In this document: positions 56,729 to 64,000 of the stretch, one piece after another
Layout of the letters: each line of letters starts with the position of its first letter
How positions within the stretch are numbered: the stretch's first letter is position 1
NCBI GenBank assembly: GCA_964514545.1
Contig: CAZETR010000011.1
Span: 102,413 to 166,412, forward strand
Source of the DNA: an uncultured Gammaproteobacteria bacterium
GTDB taxonomy: Bacteria > Patescibacteriota > Microgenomatia > CAZETR01
Reading direction: 5' to 3'
DNA: 64,000 nt
Notes under the pieces: generated by a model
Told to the model about the DNA's origin: nothing
Seen by the model: the letters and a program-made list of their open reading frames with translations, nothing else
Databases searched by the model: none
Program-made: the position numbers and the translations under genes

Positions 56729-57091
56729 TTAAATTCGTCCGCTTTTGGAATCTAATTTATCCGGTGACTCAAGAGTTACAGAGATGTGTGATGTGCGTTT
56801 TTTGATTTGGTGGTATTGGCCTCGAGACACCGGATTACCCCGTTTGAGAGTTGGGCCGGGGTTGATCTCGATTGACTTAACTAAAAGTTTGTTCTCATCG
56901 AGCTTAAAATTATTTTTGGCGTTCGCAATCCCAGTTTTGACTACTTTTGCAATTAGTTCGGCGGCTGCCTTTTCCGCAAACTTGAGTTTGGCTAACGCAA
57001 TCTGGGGAGACATCCCTTTCAGGCTATTTGCAATGAGCCTAAGTTTTCGAGGACTTGTGCGAATATACTTTTGAGTAGATTTGATAAGCAT
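56729..57091 (-). CDS. rplV: 50S ribosomal protein L22
   Basis: IRTSPRKLRLIANSLKGMS...RGQYHQIKKRTSHISV. Confidence 0.9.
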   Translation of the reverse strand: MLIKSTQKYIRTSPRKLRLIANSLKGMSPQIALAKLKFAEKAAAELIAKVVKTGIANAKNNFKLDENKLLVKSIEINPGPTLKRGNPVSRGQYHQIKKRTSHISVTLESPDKLDSKSGRI

Positions 57092-57096
57092 AGTTT

Positions 57097-57378
57097 TTAG
57101 GTTTTATCCATTGTTCGTTTAACTATTTTTCCGTGGCTTCTAAAGGTTCTGGTTGGGGCAAACTCGCCAAGCCTATGGCCAACCATCGGTTCGCTGACGA
57201 ACACATCGGCGAACTTATTTCCGGTGTGAACCTGAAATGTGTGACCGACAAACTCCGGTGGTATCTGACTGGCCCTAGCCCAAGTTTTGATAGGCCGTTT
57301 GCTTTCAGAAGGCATCGCCAGAACTTTTTTAAGGAGTTTCCGGTCTATGTATGGTCCTTTTTTAGATGATCGGGACAT
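57097..57378 (-). CDS. rpsS: 30S ribosomal protein S19
   Basis: [12 protein letters not shown]...[12 protein letters not shown]...[14 protein letters not shown]. Confidence 0.9.
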   Translation of the reverse strand: MSRSSKKGPYIDRKLLKKVLAMPSESKRPIKTWARASQIPPEFVGHTFQVHTGNKFADVFVSEPMVGHRLGEFAPTRTFRSHGKIVKRTMDKT

Positions 57379-57391
57379 GATTTAAAGAAAA

Positions 57392-58213
57392 TTATTTTCT
57401 TCTGGTAAGAATCAATTTTGTTGAGAATTTGTTTTTGTTCCTGGTTCTTGTTCCGCGGGCTGATTTTCCCCACGGAGTTTTGGGGTGCATACCTTCTCCT
57501 GATCTGCCTTCACCGCCCCCGTGGGGATGAGAATCTGGATGCTGGGCTGTACCTCGGACTGTGGGCTTAATTCCCATGTTGCGTTTGCGCCCCGCCTTGC
57601 CAAAAGTGACATTTTTCCAGTCGATATTTCCAAGCTGGCCGATTGTAGCGTAACAGGTTACTCTAACTAGCCTGACCTCGCGCGATGGCATGAGAATATT
57701 GGCAAAGGTAGCGTCTTTTGACTGAATCGAGGCTGATGTTCCGGCACTTCTGACAATTTGAGCCCCCTTTCCTGATTTCAATTCTATATTGTGAATGGGA
57801 GTGCCTACGGGAATGTTTGCCAGAGGAAGGCTATTCCCGGGTTTAATTTCCGCAGCCGGCCCTGATTCTACCACATCTGCCGGCTTGAGACTTTCCGGGG
57901 CCAGGATATAACTTCTGGTTCCATTGCGATAAAGAATCAGGGCGACATTCGCTGTTCTGTTGGGGTCGTATTCTATTGATTGAACTATGCCCGAAACTCC
58001 CCGCAGGCTACGCTTCCAGTCGATTTCCCGCAGGAATCTCTTGTGTCGTCCAGCCTGGTGGCGCATGGCTAACTTGCCAGTCGTGTCCCTGCCTGAATGT
58101 TTTTTAAGTATTGAAAGAAGCTTTCGGGATTTGGGTTTAGTCAGACCCTTCATCCGCAGGGGTGTGTAGAAGCGAGATGAGCTGGTAGTGTTGGCTGAGG
58201 GCGTTATCGGCAT
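57392..58213 (-). CDS. rplB: 50S ribosomal protein L2
   Basis: GRDTTGKLAMRHQAGRHKR...the C-terminus GGGEGRSGEGMHPKTPWGK. The N-terminal start is uncertain (MKGLTKPKSRK is also possible). Confidence 0.9.
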   Translation of the reverse strand: MPITPSANTTSSSRFYTPLRMKGLTKPKSRKLLSILKKHSGRDTTGKLAMRHQAGRHKRFLREIDWKRSLRGVSGIVQSIEYDPNRTANVALILYRNGTRSYILAPESLKPADVVESGPAAEIKPGNSLPLANIPVGTPIHNIELKSGKGAQIVRSAGTSASIQSKDATFANILMPSREVRLVRVTCYATIGQLGNIDWKNVTFGKAGRKRNMGIKPTVRGTAQHPDSHPHGGGEGRSGEGMHPKTPWGKSARGTRTRNKNKFSTKLILTRRK

Positions 58214-58214
58214 A

Positions 58215-58514
58215 TTATTTTGAGGAACTTAAAGCTCCGGTGTCGAAAAGGTCAATTTTCTGACCCTTAGCTAAGGTAACTATGGCTTTTTTTATATCAG
58301 ATCTAGTTCTAAGTGTTCGATTGCGGGAGTTTTTTGTGGTATTGCCTTTATTGATTAGGGTTTGGGTGGAGATAACTTTGACTCCAAACTGGTGTTCTAT
58401 GGCTCGCTTGATTTGGGTTTTTGAGGCAAAAAGACCGACCTCAAAGGCATATTTACCTTGGTTTGTTTCCCGAAGGGACTTTTCGGTAATGATGGGCTTA
58501 ATTAGAATCCTCAT
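58215..58514 (-). CDS. rplW: 50S ribosomal protein L23
   Basis: 99 aa between rplD and rplB: PIITEKSLRETNQGKYAFEV. Confidence 0.85.
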   Translation of the reverse strand: MRILIKPIITEKSLRETNQGKYAFEVGLFASKTQIKRAIEHQFGVKVISTQTLINKGNTTKNSRNRTLRTRSDIKKAIVTLAKGQKIDLFDTGALSSSK

Positions 58515-59446
58515 TTTTTCTCTTTTGGCTTGACTATTTTGGGTTTGGCTTTGAGGGACGGATTTTTAATGATTTCAGGTATCGGGCTTGATTTGCTGGA
58601 TGCGGGTCCTGTCGCGAGTTGTCCTTCCCGCCAGTGCTCGCGGGATTTACCCGTCTGCGCGCTGTCGGGCGTACTCGCTGCAGCTGCGTATCTGACGATC
58701 CTTCCTCTCGCACCACCCGCGTTATTTGTGGGCGCTAAGCTTGTGGTGGAACTAGTTTTCTTCTTTTTGAGCTCTGGCGTTATCTTTGGCAATTGAGGTG
58801 GAGTTGTAGAAGACATGCTGGATTGAGAACGCTGGGTTAAAATTTCGATTGCGTCCTCCTGAAAAATCAGCTTGTTGCAGTCGAGAACGTCATAAACGTT
58901 TAACTGAGAGGCGTTTCGTAGTGCCACGCGGGGGAGATTGCGGGCTGCTTTGACTAAGCTTGCGAGTGGCTTGCCAATTACCCAGGTGGTTTTTAAATTC
59001 TCTAACTTGAGATTTTTGAGGATTTCGACGGCTTTTTTGGTTTTTGGCTCAAGGCTATGGGCGTTTTCCAGAATTAGAATGTCGCTCGTTATATACCGGG
59101 AGGTGAGTGCAGAAGCCAGGGCAAGGCGCTTCATCTTCACCGGGAAAGACATCCGGTAACTTCGAGGTTTGGGGCCGTGGGCAATTCCTCCCCCGACAAA
59201 GATAGGGGCACTTCTGGCACCATGCCGGGCGTGTCCGGTACCTTTTTGCTTAAACCACTTGGCTTTTGTGCGATTAATATAGGCCCGGGTCTTGGTTTTC
59301 GCCGTCCCTTGTCTACGGTTGGCTAAAAATACCCTAACTGCCTGGGCCATAAGTGAAGGATTTACTTGGGCGGCAAAGATCTGCTCTGGTAGCCCAATTT
59401 GCGACTTAGCCTTGCCGTCGAGTGAATAAAGTGTGGTTTTGATCAT
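58511..59446 (-). CDS. rplD: 50S ribosomal protein L4 with a ~100-aa low-complexity C-terminal extension
   Basis: L4 core (…[30 protein letters not shown]…) to about residue 205, then a Ser/Thr/Pro/Lys-rich tail. Confidence 0.85.
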   Translation of the reverse strand: MIKTTLYSLDGKAKSQIGLPEQIFAAQVNPSLMAQAVRVFLANRRQGTAKTKTRAYINRTKAKWFKQKGTGHARHGARSAPIFVGGGIAHGPKPRSYRMSFPVKMKRLALASALTSRYITSDILILENAHSLEPKTKKAVEILKNLKLENLKTTWVIGKPLASLVKAARNLPRVALRNASQLNVYDVLDCNKLIFQEDAIEILTQRSQSSMSSTTPPQLPKITPELKKKKTSSTTSLAPTNNAGGARGRIVRYAAAASTPDSAQTGKSREHWREGQLATGPASSKSSPIPEIIKNPSLKAKPKIVKPKEKK

Positions 59447-59466
59447 AAGAGATAAGGATTGTTTAA

Positions 59467-60267
59467 CTATTTGCTTGGGGTTTCCGGATCTGTTTGACTT
59501 GACCCAGTTTGGGTTGTTTGCGCCTGTGTTGTCCCGTCTGAACCTTCTGCCTGGGACTCGGCTTGTGACTGTTCTACCGCGATGGCTTCTTTGTCTAAGC
59601 CCTTGGTTGAGAGCAGGGGCTGGAAGTGTTTAGCTTCTCCAACCCGAGTGATTTTGGCGAGGGATTTAAGCGGGCCGGGAATAGTTCCTTTAAGCTCGAT
59701 TTGGGTATCTGAGACAGAAAGGACGATTAGATTTCTTTGGGTTCTTTTTACTCCCCCCATATGCCCTGCCATGCGTTTGCCTTTGTAAACACGTCCTGGA
59801 GTCGTGGTTTGACCAATTGATCCCGGGGCTCTCTCCCGATCGGACTGGCCATGCGTACGCGGGCCGCCCGCAAAGTGGTGACGCTTGACGACACCGGCGA
59901 AGCCTTTACCTTTGGATACAGCGGAGACATTAACGGAATCTCCGGGTTTTAAAAATGAGGTGGATTTTATTTCTTCACCTCGTTTAAAAGTCGACTCTTC
60001 CAGTCCGAGTTTTATTTCACGAATGAAGCGGGGGGATTGAAGCCCCTTGAGCGTCTGGATTGATTTGAGATTACCTGATAGAGGTTTGGACAAGCTTTTT
60101 TTGTACCCTAACATAATTTGGACGGCTGAATAGCCGTCCTTGTCTTTTGTTTTAATCTGGGTCACTGTGTTGGAAAGAATTTTGACCACAGTTACCGGAA
60201 TTCTCTTGCCGGCAGAGGTATATTTTTGAGTTTGATTAGTCTTGATTGCGTAAATTGTACTAAGCAT
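59467..60267 (-). CDS. rplC: 50S ribosomal protein L3 with an acidic/Gln-rich C-terminal extension
   Basis: ...GKGFAGVVKRHHFAGGPRTHGQSDRERAPGSIG... core, then a ~45-aa tail EQSQAESQAEGSDGTTQAQTTQ.... Confidence 0.9.
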   Translation of the reverse strand: MLSTIYAIKTNQTQKYTSAGKRIPVTVVKILSNTVTQIKTKDKDGYSAVQIMLGYKKSLSKPLSGNLKSIQTLKGLQSPRFIREIKLGLEESTFKRGEEIKSTSFLKPGDSVNVSAVSKGKGFAGVVKRHHFAGGPRTHGQSDRERAPGSIGQTTTPGRVYKGKRMAGHMGGVKRTQRNLIVLSVSDTQIELKGTIPGPLKSLAKITRVGEAKHFQPLLSTKGLDKEAIAVEQSQAESQAEGSDGTTQAQTTQTGSSQTDPETPSK

Positions 60268-60385
60268 AATATTGCATAAAAAAATGGCCCGGATGGGCCA
60301 CTTTGATGTGGTTTTCCCTTCCGCACTTACAAGGACCTAGGTTTGCGATCGGTGCGTCCTCACAGTATGCGAGATTTTAACAGAA

Positions 60386-60694
60386 TTACATCTTGACTTC
60401 AATATCTACACCGGCGGGCAGATCCAGATGCGAAAGTGTGTCTATTGTCTTTTCGGTAGGATCCATAATATCAATCAAGCGTTTATGGGTTAGCATTTGA
60501 AAGTGGTCTCTGGCGTTTTTATCGACGTGGGGGCTGGTTGTGACGGCGAAAAGTTTGCGGTCTGTGGGCAGAGGAACTGGTCCGATGACCTTGGCGCCGG
60601 TTGAAAGAGCTGCCTCAAGTATCTTGGCAGCTGCCTCGTCTATAACGCGGTGGTCAAATGATTTAAGTTTTACCCGAATGCGTCCTTTAGGCAT
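60386..60694 (-). CDS. rpsJ: 30S ribosomal protein S10
   Basis: [20 protein letters not shown]...GPVPLPT. Confidence 0.9.
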   Translation of the reverse strand: MPKGRIRVKLKSFDHRVIDEAAAKILEAALSTGAKVIGPVPLPTDRKLFAVTTSPHVDKNARDHFQMLTHKRLIDIMDPTEKTIDTLSHLDLPAGVDIEVKM

Positions 60695-60705
60695 ATATGA
60701 ATTAA

Positions 60706-60772
60706 TTTAAAAAGACCAGTGATTGGTCGCTATACCGCTCTTTGTCAAGCTTTTAGCAAGCAATCACTGGTC
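60706..60772 (-). terminator. putative intrinsic terminator downstream of tuf (long-loop hairpin followed by a U-run on the minus strand)
   Basis: AGACCAGTGATTG (~60713-60725) pairs with CAATCACTGGTCT (~60760-60772). AAAAA at ~60708-60712 on the plus strand gives UUUUU on the minus strand. It lies between the tuf stop and the rpsJ start. Confidence 0.45.
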
Positions 60773-60800
60773 TTCTAACAAAAAGTGCGAGTGGTAAAAA

Positions 60801-61979
60801 TTAGGCGATTACTTTGGAAATAACCCCGGCTCCAACGGTGTGACCGCCTTCGCGGATTGCAAATCGCAGGCCCTCTTCCATGGCAACCGGAGCAATGAGT
60901 TTGACTGTCATCTTGGCATTGTCCCCAGGCATAACCATTTCGACTCCCTGGGGAAGGCCAATTTCTCCGGTGACGTCGGTCGTCCTGATATAGAACTGGG
61001 GGCGGTAACCGGTAAAAAATGGCGTATGTCTGCCGCCCTCTTCCTTGGTAAGGATATAAACCTCGGCCTCAAATTCGGTGTGTGGGGTAATCGAGCCGGG
61101 CTTGGCTAGGATTTGGCCCCTTTCAACCTGATCTTTTTCGACTCCGCGCAGAAGAATTCCGACATTATCGCCTGCCTGACCTTCGTCAAGCTGTTTTCTA
61201 AACATCTCAACACCCGTGACCACTGTCTTCTGGGTCGGTTTGATACCGATTATTTCGACTTCCTCACCAACCTTGACTCTGCCGCGCTCAATTCTACCGG
61301 TCACAACCGTGCCACGACCTTTGATTGAGAATACGTCCTCGACCGGCATCAGAAATGGTTTTTCCAGGTCGCGCACCGGTGTGGGAATATACTCGTCCAC
61401 CTTGGCCATAAGCTCGAGAATTGCTTCTTCCGCTTTGGGGTCGCCTTCGGTGGCTTTGAGGGCTGAACCGCGAATGATGGGAATTTCATCACCCGGGTAA
61501 TTATATTTTTTGAGGAGTTCGCGAACTTCCATTTCGACTAAGTCCAGAAGTTCGGCATCGTCAACCATGTCACATTTATTGAGAAAGACGACTAAGGCGG
61601 GAACGTTTACTTGCTTGGCCAGAAGAATATGCTCGCGGGTTTGGGGCATGGGCCCATCTGGGGCGCTAACAACCAGAATAGCTCCGTCCATTTGAGCCGC
61701 GCCGGTAATCATGTTTTTGATGTAGTCAGCGTGGCCGGGAGCGTCGATGTGGGCGTAGTGGCGCTTCTCTGTCTCGTATTCCTGGTGGGAAATGTTAATC
61801 GTGACGCCACGAGCCCTTTCTTCCGGGGCGTTATCTATGTCCTCATATTTTTTGGCCTCGGCCATTCCTTTTTTGGCCAAAACCATGGTAATTGCCGATG
61901 TCAGGGTTGTCTTTCCGTGATCAACATGACCGATGGTGCCAATATTTACGTGCGGTTTGGTTCTTTGATAAGTAGCCAT
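60801..61979 (-). CDS. tuf: elongation factor Tu
   Basis: [22 protein letters not shown], and the C-terminal domains. 392 aa. Confidence 0.95.
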   Translation of the reverse strand: MATYQRTKPHVNIGTIGHVDHGKTTLTSAITMVLAKKGMAEAKKYEDIDNAPEERARGVTINISHQEYETEKRHYAHIDAPGHADYIKNMITGAAQMDGAILVVSAPDGPMPQTREHILLAKQVNVPALVVFLNKCDMVDDAELLDLVEMEVRELLKKYNYPGDEIPIIRGSALKATEGDPKAEEAILELMAKVDEYIPTPVRDLEKPFLMPVEDVFSIKGRGTVVTGRIERGRVKVGEEVEIIGIKPTQKTVVTGVEMFRKQLDEGQAGDNVGILLRGVEKDQVERGQILAKPGSITPHTEFEAEVYILTKEEGGRHTPFFTGYRPQFYIRTTDVTGEIGLPQGVEMVMPGDNAKMTVKLIAPVAMEEGLRFAIREGGHTVGAGVISKVIA

Positions 61980-62068
61980 AAAAAATGGTTTGGGGCGAAA
62001 AAATTAGTTCCACCTCTGGACCATGAGTGGTATTTTAAATACTCACCAAGGTTTTCGCAAGGGGGAAA

Positions 62069-62692
62069 TTAATTCTTTCCTATTTCTTTTTCTACTTCCT
62101 GTAAAAATTGATCAAAGGTGCTGAGGTTCAATTTTTTGCCGTTGAGGAAAAATGTCGGAGTGGAATTTACTTTGAATTGAGCACCGGCTGCGATATCTTT
62201 ATCAATTAGTTCTACGGTTAAATCGGACGTGAAATCAGCCGCGAATTTGGTTTCGTCCAGTCCTATCTCCCTCGCCGAACTCTTCAGAAATTCTTCAGTG
62301 AACTTTTCCTGGTTGGCAAACAGGTAGTTGTACATCTCCCAGAATTTGCCCTGGTTTTGCGCTGAAACGGCTACCAGGGCAGCTTTTTTGCCAAACTGGT
62401 GTTGCGTCAAAGGAAAGTGGCGATAGGCGAAAAGCAGCTTGTCCGGATATTTTGCCAGCAACTCATCAACATAAGGCTTAAATTCTTTACACGCCGGGCA
62501 CTGCAAATCTGAAAATTCAACCAGGTAGGTTTTGGCGTCAGGAGGGCCCTTGGTGACAGTCCCCGCGGGGATTAGATCCTGGCGGGAGAGAACTACCTCC
62601 GGACGGGAAACTAAGGCGATGCCGATGCCGACCACAATTACCGTGGCCGCGACAATCCCGACGATTAATTTGGATTCGCTGGTCAGATTCAT
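62069..62692 (-). CDS. membrane-anchored DsbA-like thiol:disulfide oxidoreductase (thioredoxin fold, CPAC active site)
   Basis: N-terminal TM helix, then FSDLQCPACKEF... with a DsbA-like insertion domain. Confidence 0.7.
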   Translation of the reverse strand: MNLTSESKLIVGIVAATVIVVGIGIALVSRPEVVLSRQDLIPAGTVTKGPPDAKTYLVEFSDLQCPACKEFKPYVDELLAKYPDKLLFAYRHFPLTQHQFGKKAALVAVSAQNQGKFWEMYNYLFANQEKFTEEFLKSSAREIGLDETKFAADFTSDLTVELIDKDIAAGAQFKVNSTPTFFLNGKKLNLSTFDQFLQEVEKEIGKN

Positions 62693-62747
62693 GGCCTATT
62701 GTTGTTGAACTGCATTCTCCTAACTTTGCCTTGGTGTGAAGTTTACT

Positions 62748-63446
62748 TCAAGTGGTTTGTCGGGCGCGGGATTTAAGACGGGAGTAAATTAGCGACGTAC
62801 TAATAAGCAGGGACAGGTTTATGGCTATTGCTATCCCCAGATACAGGTCGGCTGTTTGAAACAAAGAAGTGATTTTTACTATAAAGGCTTGGGGAATGGT
62901 AATTGAGGGGATTTTTAGCTTGACCAGAAATCCTAAAAATAACAGAATTGCCGACAGAATCGATAGCTCCAGAACGGCACGCAAATCCTTGGGGCTTGAG
63001 AACATATTGGAGCTAATCTGAAAAACGGCGTAACTTGAGACGAGATAGAGCGGAATATGGGTAGAAAGATCTTTTGTAGAAAGTATGTAAATCATCCAGA
63101 AAATTAAGCCTAACCCAATTAAAAGCGGGGCAATACCGATTATAGATTCCCTGACGAGATCAGTCCTTCCAATCGGAACACTGCCGAGCTTTACTCCACG
63201 GCCATCCTCGTCAATTTCCGGCACCAGATTTATATCGTGCACCGGAACAAGCAGAAATAGCGCGGTAATAAAGTGGGCGATTTCGTGGATAAATGTTCCC
63301 GGGAGAAAGATGGCCGAGAGGACCATGACGGTTTTTCTTTTATCGTGAGTTTTGAGGAAAAGGGTTCTGGCGATTGTATTTACGGTCGCTCTGGAGATCA
63401 GGTATTGGAGGAAAAGCTCGAGGAGAAAAAGAAGAACATATACCAC
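62748..63446 (-). CDS. polytopic membrane protein with an intramembrane HExxH motif (putative zinc metalloprotease)
   Basis: 232 aa with about 6 TM helices. HEIAHF lies near the end of TM2. No firm family was recognised. Confidence 0.4.
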   Translation of the reverse strand: MVYVLLFLLELFLQYLISRATVNTIARTLFLKTHDKRKTVMVLSAIFLPGTFIHEIAHFITALFLLVPVHDINLVPEIDEDGRGVKLGSVPIGRTDLVRESIIGIAPLLIGLGLIFWMIYILSTKDLSTHIPLYLVSSYAVFQISSNMFSSPKDLRAVLELSILSAILLFLGFLVKLKIPSITIPQAFIVKITSLFQTADLYLGIAIAINLSLLISTSLIYSRLKSRARQTT

Positions 63447-63478
63447 GCCTCTAGTTTACCTTATGTCAAACTGTGCGT

Positions 63479-64000
63479 TTAGTGGTGGCTGACTTTCCCG
63501 CTTTTGGCGATAATCTGTTCAGCAATCATCTTGGGAACCTCCTCGTAATGGCTGGGTTCCATGTAGTAATTGGCCCGACCCTGGGACATGGAGCGGAGGT
63601 TGGTTGAGTAGCCGGAAAGCTCGGCCAGGGGAACGAGAGCGACGATTATTGTCAGGTGTCCGCGCTTTTCCGTTCCCTGGATTTGGGCCCGTTTGGAGGA
63701 TAAATCACCGATAACATCTCCCATAAACTCATCCGGGGTCGAGACCTCGACTTTCATAATTGGCTCGAGAAGCACGGGGTCGGCTTTTTTGATCGCAGCT
63801 TGAAGGGCCATGCTGCCGGCGATTTTGAAAGCAATTTCGGATGAGTCAACGTCGTGATAAGTGCCGTCGTAGACGGCTACCGAGATATCGACCATGGGGT
63901 AGCCCGCGATAAGGCCGTTGTCCAGAGCTTCCTTGACGCCTTTGTTAATCGCCGGAATAAATTCATTGGGGATGGACCCGCCTTTGATTTCGTCGATAAA
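63479..64000 (-). CDS. fusA: elongation factor G, C-terminal part (gene continues beyond the window end)
   Basis: The reverse strand reads ...[64 protein letters not shown]... (domains IV-V), ending ...AKSGKVSHH. Confidence 0.9.
   Translation of the reverse strand, partial: FIDEIKGGSIPNEFIPAINKGVKEALDNGLIAGYPMVDISVAVYDGTYHDVDSSEIAFKIAGSMALQAAIKKADPVLLEPIMKVEVSTPDEFMGDVIGDLSSKRAQIQGTEKRGHLTIIVALVPLAELSGYSTNLRSMSQGRANYYMEPSHYEEVPKMIAEQIIAKSGKVSHH

Noticed and set aside
1-64000. CRISPR arrays, IS elements, integrases or phage blocks
   Set aside because: I saw no regularly spaced direct repeats and no transposase/integrase-like ORFs. The only repeat structure is the local duplication at 34409-34621.

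Overview
This is a compact bacterial chromosomal window, coded almost entirely on the minus strand and with very short intergenic gaps. Four blocks stand out. (1) About 1.2-16.9 kb is a large extracytoplasmic glycosylation locus: five Dpm1/GtrB-like GT2 polyprenyl-phosphate-sugar synthases (one fused to a GT-C domain), six or seven polytopic GT-C/ArnT/PMT-like membrane transferases and a Wzx-like flippase. Next to it, trmD sits ahead of an unknown 344-aa protein and a dTDP-sugar module (FdtA, FdtB, an RmlD-like reductase, RmlB, and an RmlA that appears frameshifted). (2) About 23-30 kb is a cell-surface block: an RNase-H-like DUF458 protein plus ThpR, a CAP-domain protein, a sortase-like protein whose catalytic Cys is apparently missing, VanZ, a Pro/Thr-rich surface protein, and ftsE-ftsX followed by a coiled-coil M23 peptidase whose catalytic motifs are in circularly permuted order. 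(3) About 30-44 kb holds prfB, two divergent unknown proteins with a duplicated gene 3' end split by a palindromic insert, two FemX-like transferases, a G5/3D-domain protein, PcrA/UvrD, an LCP protein, a DUF2298 'YYY' membrane protein, a HAD hydrolase and a GT4. (4) About 44.5-64 kb carries rpsI-rplM, the alpha, spc and S10 ribosomal operons (no L30; L24 with a zinc-ribbon tail; long L4, L3 and L17 tails), tuf, a DsbA-like protein, an HExxH membrane protein and the 3' part of fusA. I found no rRNA or tRNA genes and no CRISPR array. The gene content looks like a reduced-genome, Patescibacteria/CPR-like organism, but that is an inference. All calls rest on motif and family recognition by eye plus the supplied ORF track; no database search was possible.
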